Below, one piece after another: positions 46,110 through 53,510 of a stretch of DNA of 64,000 nt (position 1 is its first letter; the number at the start of each line of letters is the position of its first letter). Position numbers and translations under genes: made by a program. Origin of the DNA: Candidatus Magasanikiibacteriota bacterium (GTDB lineage Bacteria; Patescibacteriota; Patescibacteriia; Magasanikbacterales; UBA922). Where the stretch lies: positions 125,136 to 189,135 of the forward strand of contig JBAYVA010000001.1 in the NCBI GenBank assembly GCA_041674805.1, in the 5' to 3' direction. The notes beneath the pieces are model-generated. The model saw only the letters and a list, made by a program, of their open reading frames with translations, did not search any database and had not been told where the DNA came from.

Positions 46110-47411
46110 TTATTTATTTAAATCCATAAACTTCTTTACTCTTTCATCAATGAAAATGTACTTAGCAAGCAGGGGAGTCGTGAGAGACATACCTTCTAGT
46201 GTGCGACAGCGACTAAGGGCGACATAAGCTTGTCCGTGAGCAAAAGTACCTGAACCAAAATCTATATGTACTTTGTCAAAAGTTTTTCCTTGTGCTTTGT
46301 GAATAGTTACTGCCCAAGCAAGTTTTAGTGGCAGTTGGGTGAAACTACCAACAACTTCAGATTCTATTTTTTTGTTTTCTCTGCTGTAGATAAAACGGAT
46401 AGCTTCTCTTGTCTGGGATGTAATATCTTCGTAAGTATTATCATCAAAAAGTACTCTTACACTATCTTTTTCTGTTTTTATTATTTTTACAATATCACCA
46501 TTTACCCAACGACCAAGAGGATCATTGCTAAGTATCATGACTTGAGAACCTTCTTTCAAAATTAAGTTTAGTTCGGTAGGTAAATCTCTTTCTTTGAATT
46601 GTCCTTCAATTGTCCCATTGTACATTTTTGCTTTGGCTGGCAATTTGTCCATTTCTTTTTTGTTTATAGTATTAGCGACATAATTGGTTGGGACAATAGA
46701 TAGCACAAATTCATCTTCAGGTTTTTTGTATTGTGGTATAAATCTGCTATTTATTAATTCTATATCTTGTTGGTCAAAACTGCAAGTTCTAATTTTGTCT
46801 AGAGCCTTGATAAATTTATTTTGTTTTTTGCTGTCTTGTCTATATATTTGTGTTAATTCTACTTTGAAAAAATTGCCATCTGAAAAACATTTGGCATCAA
46901 AGAAATAAGGACTTTCATAATGTAACTTGAAAAAAATTTCTTCATCATCTACGACGATAGGTGGCAATTGGTACAAGTCACCAATAGCAAATATTTGCAC
47001 TCCGCCAAAAGGTTCATCTGGTCTGTTACCATTTAGACGCATAAATTTGTCTATGCAATCCAACAAGTCAGCACGAACCATAGAGATTTCATCGATGATA
47101 ATAATATCTATTTTTTTATAAATATTATTGTTGTCATCATACATTTTTTTTATGCTGTCTAATGTAGTTTGTGGGTGAAAGCGAAAAAAAGAGTGAATAG
47201 TTTGTCCTTGGACATTGAGAGCTGCTACGCCAGTGTATGCCAAAGTTACCACATTTTTTTTGGTGGTAGCGCGAAAGTATTTGAGGAAGTGGGATTTACC
47301 AGTGCCAGCTCGGCCTGTCATAAAGATATTTCTATCGCTATTTTCCAGCAAGTCTATTATAGCTTTTTTTTCTTTGTTTAGATCAAAGTCTGTTGGTGCT
47401 GTGACACTCAC
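46110..47411 (-). CDS. PIF1/RecD-like SF1 DNA helicase
   Basis: Walker A GRAGTGKSH; YTGVAALNV; IIIIDEISMV; GDLYQLPPI; C-terminal AVTIHKAQGKTFD. Confidence 0.7.
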   Translation of the reverse strand: MSVTAPTDFDLNKEKKAIIDLLENSDRNIFMTGRAGTGKSHFLKYFRATTKKNVVTLAYTGVAALNVQGQTIHSFFRFHPQTTLDSIKKMYDDNNNIYKKIDIIIIDEISMVRADLLDCIDKFMRLNGNRPDEPFGGVQIFAIGDLYQLPPIVVDDEEIFFKLHYESPYFFDAKCFSDGNFFKVELTQIYRQDSKKQNKFIKALDKIRTCSFDQQDIELINSRFIPQYKKPEDEFVLSIVPTNYVANTINKKEMDKLPAKAKMYNGTIEGQFKERDLPTELNLILKEGSQVMILSNDPLGRWVNGDIVKIIKTEKDSVRVLFDDNTYEDITSQTREAIRFIYSRENKKIESEVVGSFTQLPLKLAWAVTIHKAQGKTFDKVHIDFGSGTFAHGQAYVALSRCRTLEGMSLTTPLLAKYIFIDERVKKFMDLNK

Positions 47412-47550
47412 TTTTTTTTGGCTTTCTCTTTTTTTGCCAATACCTTTTTTGATAAAAAAAGTCTTGAAAGGAGTCGCTTCTTTTGGTTTTGTTTGTTTTG
47501 TTGTTCTTTTGATATGTTTTGGTTTAGATTTTAGGTTGCTTTATTATATC

Positions 47551-47580
47551 ATAAAACGTATCGGGAGGGGATACGTTTTG
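47551..47580 (-). terminator. terminator for the DGQHR gene (minus strand)
   Basis: ACGTATC-gggagggg-GATACGT with flanking A/T runs. Confidence 0.5.
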
Positions 47581-47594
47581 TGGAGTTATGAATT

Positions 47595-48902
47595 TTAATT
47601 GTTATTAATATTTTGTTTTTTAATATTTTCTAATTCATCATCATTTATTATAGTTGTACTATTATCAAATGTTAAAATGTGGTGATTTCTGTTATATTCA
47701 TCTGATTTTCCATGTTCTATATCCAATATAATTAAATTATTATGTTTTTTACCAATAACATCTTTTTTATAATCTATTATTTCTTTCATTTTTTTGTATA
47801 ATCTTGATTGTAATCCTTCTCCACCACTTCTACTGAAATCTCCTTCAATACCAAATAATTTTTTTGCTTCTGTTTTATTTATTAATGAAAATATTTTGTT
47901 AAAATATTCTTTTAAATATTGTATATTATTGTTATTAAGTTTTATCTCTTTTTCAAAATCATTAAATAATTTCAAAAAGGCTCCTACGCCAGTAGTTTTA
48001 AATAATATAGATTGCTCAAATATTGAGTAACTTCCATCTATTTTTGGTTTTGGATAATGTTCTGAAAATTTTTCTTTTATTATTTGGAAATAAATTGATA
48101 ATATATTATATATTATTATAGGATCTGTTTTTTTATTTTTATATTCATCATATAATATTGAAAAAGCTTTTTCTGGTTTAAATAATTCTTTTATCTTTTC
48201 TACTAAAAAAGCCTGAGAAATAGTGCCTGAGCCAGTTCCTAACATTTTTATTAGACCAAAAAAAGGGTCACTTTTTGAATAATTAAGCTTTTTAACTATA
48301 GAGTGAGAAAGAGTATATTCATTATATTCTCCTTCTTGAGAACCAAATAAATCATAATATAAAGATTTATTTACGGCTTTTTGTTCAAAGTTTACTGTAG
48401 CAAATATTTTTGATTGTTCCCAAATATCATAACCGACAAGCATTGTAATTGGCAATTCAATATCTAATTCATCAAAAGTTAACTTGTTTTCTTCATAAAA
48501 TTTTTTTATTCCTAACAATCTGTGTTGTCCGTCAATAATAAAAGCTTTGTATAGTTTTGTGTCAAATGTTAAATATTCTCCATCCCAAGTTATTTCACTT
48601 TCTGTGTTTTCATCCCTTTCATTAATGGATAATATTATAGCAGTTGGAAAAAGTACTATAGATTTTTTATCTTTTTTTATTATTCCTTCTTCATCTATTA
48701 AAGAATTTTTTATGTAGTTAGCTATTTTTTTTATTTTTTCTTGGTCACTTAGTCTTTGAAAAAATTTATTATCTGATCCATCATTTTCTATTTTCCTATA
48801 TGTAAATTCAGAAATTTTGTCTAATTCAGAAAAAGACATCTTTCCTACAAAAGAAGATTTTATTAGATCTTTATTTAATTGTGATAATTTTAGTTTCATC
48901 AT
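47595..48902 (-). CDS. DGQHR-domain protein (DndB-like, ParB/Srx-like superfamily)
   Basis: FPTAIILS, IIDGQHRLLGIKKF, VNFEQKAVNKSLYYDLFG; 435 aa. Confidence 0.65.
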   Translation of the reverse strand: MMKLKLSQLNKDLIKSSFVGKMSFSELDKISEFTYRKIENDGSDNKFFQRLSDQEKIKKIANYIKNSLIDEEGIIKKDKKSIVLFPTAIILSINERDENTESEITWDGEYLTFDTKLYKAFIIDGQHRLLGIKKFYEENKLTFDELDIELPITMLVGYDIWEQSKIFATVNFEQKAVNKSLYYDLFGSQEGEYNEYTLSHSIVKKLNYSKSDPFFGLIKMLGTGSGTISQAFLVEKIKELFKPEKAFSILYDEYKNKKTDPIIIYNILSIYFQIIKEKFSEHYPKPKIDGSYSIFEQSILFKTTGVGAFLKLFNDFEKEIKLNNNNIQYLKEYFNKIFSLINKTEAKKLFGIEGDFSRSGGEGLQSRLYKKMKEIIDYKKDVIGKKHNNLIILDIEHGKSDEYNRNHHILTFDNSTTIINDDELENIKKQNINNN

Positions 48903-48903
48903 A

Positions 48904-49557
48904 TTAAATATCTATTTCTTTTTGACTTGTTATTTCATTTTCATAGGAATCTTCCTCTTTTGTATTTTTTATAGTTGAGTTACTGGCTATTTCTTTTAGA
49001 ACATTATCTATATCTGTATTTGTTTCTTTTCTTAACTCTTTAAATTGTTCCGATATATCAGTACGTATTTGTTCCTTTATATTTATCATTTCTTCTTTTA
49101 CTTTTATTTCGGCTTCTTTTACTAAAAGTTCTTTTTGTTCCTTAAATGACGTATCTAATTCTTTCTTTTTTATTTCTAATTCTTCAGATAGTTCCTTTTT
49201 TTTATCTTTTAATCTTTTATCTTCCATTATTCCAAAAAATATTAAAATAGCTGAGATCAAAAAACCAAAACCAGTAATCCACCATTTTAATTGATTAATT
49301 GCTTTATCATAAGCTGCCTCTTTTTCATCGGCTACATTTTTTTTGAAATCTATAGAAGTTATCAAGTTTTCAATACTTTTGTATTCAATAGTTTTTGAAT
49401 CTAATTTTTGGTTTTGAAATTCTTGATCTAATATTATTTTATTTATAATTTTTTGGTCTACTGAATTAAAAGCAAACACTTGTTTTATAAAAAGAGTAGA
49501 AAATCCTGATATTATGAATATTATTAATATCATTATTTTTTGATTAAATTTGATCAC
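48904..49557 (-). CDS. membrane protein with C-terminal coiled coil, translationally coupled to the DGQHR gene
   Basis: Two TM segments, then a long KE-rich heptad region. Its stop lies 1 nt before the DGQHR ATG. Confidence 0.5.
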   Translation of the reverse strand: MIKFNQKIMILIIFIISGFSTLFIKQVFAFNSVDQKIINKIILDQEFQNQKLDSKTIEYKSIENLITSIDFKKNVADEKEAAYDKAINQLKWWITGFGFLISAILIFFGIMEDKRLKDKKKELSEELEIKKKELDTSFKEQKELLVKEAEIKVKEEMINIKEQIRTDISEQFKELRKETNTDIDNVLKEIASNSTIKNTKEEDSYENEITSQKEIDI

Positions 49558-49740
49558 AGTGTTTATTTTTTTAGTTTAAAATACATATTTATAATACCTC
49601 TCTACTCTAATTATCGCAAATATACAAAAAAGTAGCTTGTTTTAGCAAAAAAATAGCTATTTTTAAAAAAACTTAAAATAAAATTAAAAGTTATTCACAC
49701 CATAATAACAAAAACAGCTAAATTAGCTGTTTCTTCTTAG

Positions 49741-49811
49741 TTCGGGGATAGGGATTCGAACCCCAATAGTCAGGATCAAAACCTGAAGTCCTACCATTAG
49801 ACGATCCCCGA
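49741..49811 (-). tRNA. tRNA-Gln (anticodon TTG)
   Basis: Hand-folded cloverleaf: acceptor TCGGGGA/TCCCCGA, D-stem GTCT/GGAC, anticodon stem TCAGG/CCTGA with loop TTTTGAT, T-arm GGGG-TTCGAAT-CCC. Confidence 0.8.
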
Positions 49812-49883
49812 ATGTTTGAATTGTTACTTCACAGAAAACATAATATCACAATAAAGACTTGAAATCAAGTCTTTATGTGGACA

Positions 49884-50492
49884 TTATTTCATATCAAATA
49901 ATACTGGTATTTCTAGCGTTGCGTCGTACTCAGGCAATCCAGAAGGATTGTCTTTCTTGAGTATTAGATGTCCATTATTTTTGTAGGTCGGTGTGTCAAA
50001 AGTTAGTGTCGCTTCAAATGCTACAAACTCTTCTGTCATCCAATCACTTTTGGCTGTAGCAATACCACTTGCGATGATGATTCCATCCCAGTCAGTCAAG
50101 ACGATAGGGAAGCTTGCTTCAAAAAACCAAGTACCACGAGCTTGACCAGTGATAGTCAAAGGACTGGTAACAATTTGATTGGGACGAATATTTTCCAAAA
50201 TTATTTGATCTCTTTGATTTAGTTCGTTACCAATATCTTCAATAAAATTTTTGTTATCAGTTGTTTTACATTGTCTTGGATAACTTTCCATTATTGGGAA
50301 ACCTGCTTCAAGACATTCTGTAAAATTAGTAATAATTTTTTCTTCTACTTGTGGAGTCAAAGGTGTTTGTGAAGTAGAACTAGGGGAGACATTATTATTT
50401 ATTTGTTTATTTTGTCTAGAATAGTTCAAGATAAAAATGTTTGCTACAATCAAAGTTACAAATATGAGACTTATAATGATAATTTTTTTCAT
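49884..50492 (-). CDS. secreted Gmad2 immunoglobulin-like domain protein
   Basis: Signal/TM, then VTSPLTITGQARGTWFFEASFPIVLTDWDGIII...EEFVAFEATL...NPSGLPE, typical of PF10648. Confidence 0.55.
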   Translation of the reverse strand: MKKIIIISLIFVTLIVANIFILNYSRQNKQINNNVSPSSTSQTPLTPQVEEKIITNFTECLEAGFPIMESYPRQCKTTDNKNFIEDIGNELNQRDQIILENIRPNQIVTSPLTITGQARGTWFFEASFPIVLTDWDGIIIASGIATAKSDWMTEEFVAFEATLTFDTPTYKNNGHLILKKDNPSGLPEYDATLEIPVLFDMK

Positions 50493-50496
50493 ATGT

Positions 50497-50548
50497 TTGA
50501 AAATGCTTAAAAGGCTTAAAATGCTGGAAAAGCTAGAAAGGCTAATTA
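50497..50548. repeat. A-tract repeat copy
   Basis: GAAAATGCTTAAAAGGCTTAAAATGCTGGAAAAGCTAGAAAGGCT. Confidence 0.6.
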
Positions 50549-50585
50549 TATTTATATTTCAAGCCTTTTGAACTTTTTTGTTTTT

Positions 50586-51425
50586 TTAATTTTTTTGTGA
50601 AATCATTTTTTTATATAATAAAATTACTTCTTTTGCTTCTTTGACATCATGCACTCGTAAGATTTTAGCACCTTTGGTCAGAGCTAGAGTGTTTAGTACA
50701 GTCGTGCCATTTAAGGCTTGCTCGGGAGTCGTGTTAATTACTTTGTTTATCATTGATTTTCGGGAAAAGCCAACTAATATAGGTAATCCAAATTTTTGAA
50801 AGATTTGCAAATTATTCAAAAGTTCATAATTGTGTTCTACAGTCTTGCCAAAACCAAAACCAGGATCAATGATAATATTTTTGACACCAAGTTTTTGGAG
50901 CTTGTTTATTTTTTCTGTAAAAAATTGTAATTCTTCTTCACAAATATTTTCATAACTTGGATTGTCTTGCATGGTTTGTGGTGTACCTTGCATATGCATA
51001 ATAATATATGGTACTTGCAAGTCAGCGACAGTTGTAAACATTTTTTCGTCCATGTTACCGGCAGAAATATCGTTGATAATACTAGCACCAGCTTGGATAG
51101 CTTGTTTGGCTACAGTACTACGGAAAGTATCAATTGAAATGACGATGTCAGGAAATTTTGTATTTAATAATTGGATAACAGGAATAACTCTGCTTAGTTC
51201 TTCTTCTTCGCTCACATAGTCAGCACCTGGGCGAGAAGAGTAGCCACCGATATCTACAAAAGTTGCACCATGATCTATCATTGTTTGGACTTTTTTCAAG
51301 ATGGTTTCTTGTCCAGAATTTTTGCCACCATCATAAAAAGAATCTGGTGTAATATTCAAAATACCCATTACATGAAGTTCATTTAGGTTTATTTCTTTAT
51401 TTTTTAGGGTAATGATATTTTTCAT
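50586..51425 (-). CDS. folP: dihydropteroate synthase
   Basis: ILNITPDSFYDGG, DIGGYSSRPG, pterin-binding barrel motifs. Confidence 0.85.
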   Translation of the reverse strand: MKNIITLKNKEINLNELHVMGILNITPDSFYDGGKNSGQETILKKVQTMIDHGATFVDIGGYSSRPGADYVSEEEELSRVIPVIQLLNTKFPDIVISIDTFRSTVAKQAIQAGASIINDISAGNMDEKMFTTVADLQVPYIIMHMQGTPQTMQDNPSYENICEEELQFFTEKINKLQKLGVKNIIIDPGFGFGKTVEHNYELLNNLQIFQKFGLPILVGFSRKSMINKVINTTPEQALNGTTVLNTLALTKGAKILRVHDVKEAKEVILLYKKMISQKN

Positions 51426-51508
51426 AATTTGATATTTTTATATCATCTATTATCTTTAGTATAACCTTTTTCATATGATATGGGAATACTTATACACATA
51501 TTGTGTGT

Positions 51509-51558
51509 TTGTTTAAGTTTTGTTTCAATGCTATAATACCTATACCTGGGGTATAGGT
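51509..51558 (+). promoter_or_regulatory. csoR promoter (TTGTTT-N17-TATAAT) with a perfect 9-bp inverted-repeat operator ACCTATACC-TGG-GGTATAGGT immediately after the -10
   Basis: -35 at 51509-51514, -10 at 51532-51537, operator at 51538-51558. It resembles CsoR-type GC-cored pseudo-palindromes. Confidence 0.5.
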
Positions 51559-51582
51559 TATTTATTATTAAAAACAAGTTAT

Positions 51583-51867
51583 ATGCAAACAAATTTAAGT
51601 CCAAACAAACAAAAAGCTTTACTCAATGCCAAAAAAGCTTATACCTCACTTGGTAAAATTATGAAAATGTTGGAAGAAAATAAATATTGTGTAGATATTA
51701 TGCAACAAAATTTGGCAGTAATAGGACTCTTAAAATCTGCCAATAATTTACTTTTGGAAGGTCATCTAAAATCTTGTTTCAAAAATGCGATTGTTAGTAA
51801 CGATGACGTCAAACAAGAAGAAAAAATTCAAGAGATTATCAAAGTTACGAAGTTGTCACAGAAATAG
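51583..51867 (+). CDS. csoR: CsoR/RcnR-family metal-sensing transcriptional repressor
   Basis: YCVDIMQQ (Cys), EGHLKSC (His/Cys), DUF156 helical core. Start trimmed to the ATG at 51583; the upstream extension translates the operator. Confidence 0.6.
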   Translation: MQTNLSPNKQKALLNAKKAYTSLGKIMKMLEENKYCVDIMQQNLAVIGLLKSANNLLLEGHLKSCFKNAIVSNDDVKQEEKIQEIIKVTKLSQK

Positions 51868-51960
51868 TAATTATCAAATAACAATTAATAACTAATAATT
51901 AATTTAATTTAAAATTTTATTTAGTTTGAAATATTTTGTTAAATAAATAAGTATAATTTT

Positions 51961-51997
51961 AAGAAAGATCCCTCGTCGTATTCTCGACTCGGGATTA
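51961..51997 (+). promoter_or_regulatory. palindromic GC-rich leader motif, copy B (upstream of the HMA membrane-protein gene)
   Basis: AAGAAAGATCCCTCGTCGTATTCTCGACTCGGGATTA, directly after a TATAAT and 12 nt before the ATG. Confidence 0.45.
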
Positions 51998-52008
51998 TAT
52001 AAAAAACT

Positions 52009-53358
52009 ATGAGCCAGTACAAAAAAATCTATATCAATGGTATGACTTGTGTGTCGTGCGAGCATCTTATTTCTGAAGATGTAAAAAAAATACCAAACGT
52101 TGAGAAAGTAGAAGTCTCACACAAGACTCAAATTGCGCAAGTCTATTTTTCAAACGAAAAACCAGATAGTCAAGAAATAATCAAGACGATTGAAAAATTG
52201 GGTTATAGCGCTTCCGAAAATCCGATTGACAAAAAAGAAAAGAAAAACAAAGCGACAGGTGCACAGTGGGCTTGGTCACTTTTTATTGTTTTTTGTATTT
52301 ATCTAGTTTATAAATACTTTTCTTGGATCGGAGTTTTTGATTGGATTCAAATTGATTCCAAAAATATTGGTTATGGTGCTGCTTTTCTCATCGGTATTGT
52401 GGCTTCAATGTCTACTTGTCTGGCTGTTGTTGGAGCGGTGGTTATGTCTTTTGGTGCCAAATACAAAACTGTAGAAAATAAGTTTAGCAAAAATGCCAAA
52501 CCTCATTTACTTTTTCATGCTGGACGTATCGGAAGTTTTTTCTTGTTGGGTGGATTGCTAGGGATTCTTGGCAACTTCGTCCAATTTTCAGCAAGTGTAC
52601 TTAGTATCTTTACTATTTTGATTGCTCTTATACTTTTCTGGCTGGCCTTAAATATTTTGGGATTTTTGCCATCGATGACAACTCTAGGGATTCACATGCC
52701 AAAAAAAAGTATGGGTGTTTGGAATAAATTGAAAGATTCGGAACATGCCATGGCTCCGATTCTTTTGGGAGCTTTTACTTTTTTCTTGCCTTGTGGTTTC
52801 ACTCAGAGCATGCAACTTTTTGCCGTTAGTTCGGGGAATTTTTGGGTCGGTGGTCTGACTTTGGCTATTTTTGCTCTTGGAACTAGTCCAATATTATTTA
52901 GTATTGGGATGGCGAGTAGTAAAGCTAGTAGCAAAAAAAATGTGGTGATGCAAAAAGTAATTGGTTTTATTATTCTTGCTTTTGCTTTTTATACTTTGTC
53001 ATCTGGATTAGCTGTTCGTGGTATTGGTTTGACTGATTTTTTGAAAAATACAAATGCACAAAGTAATTCTGCAGTATCTATCGTAAATTCAGAAGGTGTG
53101 CAAGTAGTTAAAATGGCGGTGGAATATAGTGGTTACAATCCTGAAGTGATAAAAATAAAAGCAGGTGTGCCAGTGCGTTGGGAAATAGATGGTAAACAAG
53201 TGACTGGTTGTACTAGTGAAATTGTGGTGCCGGATTTGAATATTAAGAAAAAATTAAATCAAGGTTTAAATATTGTAGAATTTACAGCAACAGAAAAAGG
53301 AACTTTGAATTTTAGTTGTTGGATGGGGATGGTGAGAGGGAAGTTTATTGTGGAATAG
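52009..53358 (+). CDS. HMA-domain / DsbD_2-like (TauE-CcdA-like) membrane / C-terminal cupredoxin-like fusion protein
   Basis: N-terminal GMTCVSCEHL; TM region with paired Cys (SMSTC, FLPCGF); C-terminus NPEVIKIKAGVPVRWEIDGKQVTGCTSE...FSCWMGM. Confidence 0.65.
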   Translation: MSQYKKIYINGMTCVSCEHLISEDVKKIPNVEKVEVSHKTQIAQVYFSNEKPDSQEIIKTIEKLGYSASENPIDKKEKKNKATGAQWAWSLFIVFCIYLVYKYFSWIGVFDWIQIDSKNIGYGAAFLIGIVASMSTCLAVVGAVVMSFGAKYKTVENKFSKNAKPHLLFHAGRIGSFFLLGGLLGILGNFVQFSASVLSIFTILIALILFWLALNILGFLPSMTTLGIHMPKKSMGVWNKLKDSEHAMAPILLGAFTFFLPCGFTQSMQLFAVSSGNFWVGGLTLAIFALGTSPILFSIGMASSKASSKKNVVMQKVIGFIILAFAFYTLSSGLAVRGIGLTDFLKNTNAQSNSAVSIVNSEGVQVVKMAVEYSGYNPEVIKIKAGVPVRWEIDGKQVTGCTSEIVVPDLNIKKKLNQGLNIVEFTATEKGTLNFSCWMGMVRGKFIVE

Positions 53359-53371
53359 TCCTGAATTGGTT

Positions 53372-53465
53372 CTCCCCCTAGTAGGGGGAGTTAGAGGGGG
53401 TCTATCTTTGAGCTAGACGTTTTATCTTGCTAAAGACCCCTCCTAGCCTCCCCTAATAGGGGAGG
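53372..53465 (+). other. cluster of three GC-rich hairpins between the copper genes
   Basis: CTCCCCC-TAGTA-GGGGGAG (53372-53390), GAGGGGGTCT...AGACCCCTC (53394-53442), CCTCCCC-TAATA-GGGGAGG (53447-53465). Confidence 0.5.
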
Positions 53466-53510
53466 AAATCGTTAAGTAAATTTAAAATTTAAAATTTTAT
53501 AAAAAATCTT

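Noticed and set aside
51520-51582. N-terminal extension of the csoR ORF (MFQCYNTYTWGIGYLLLKTSY)
   Set aside because: This region is the promoter -10 box and the perfect palindromic operator. The Met at 51583 gives a CsoR-sized protein.
53372-53465. G-quadruplex potential of the GC-rich spacer
   Set aside because: There are only three G4-5 runs on one strand, and they pair with C-runs as simple hairpins. Hairpin formation is the better explanation.
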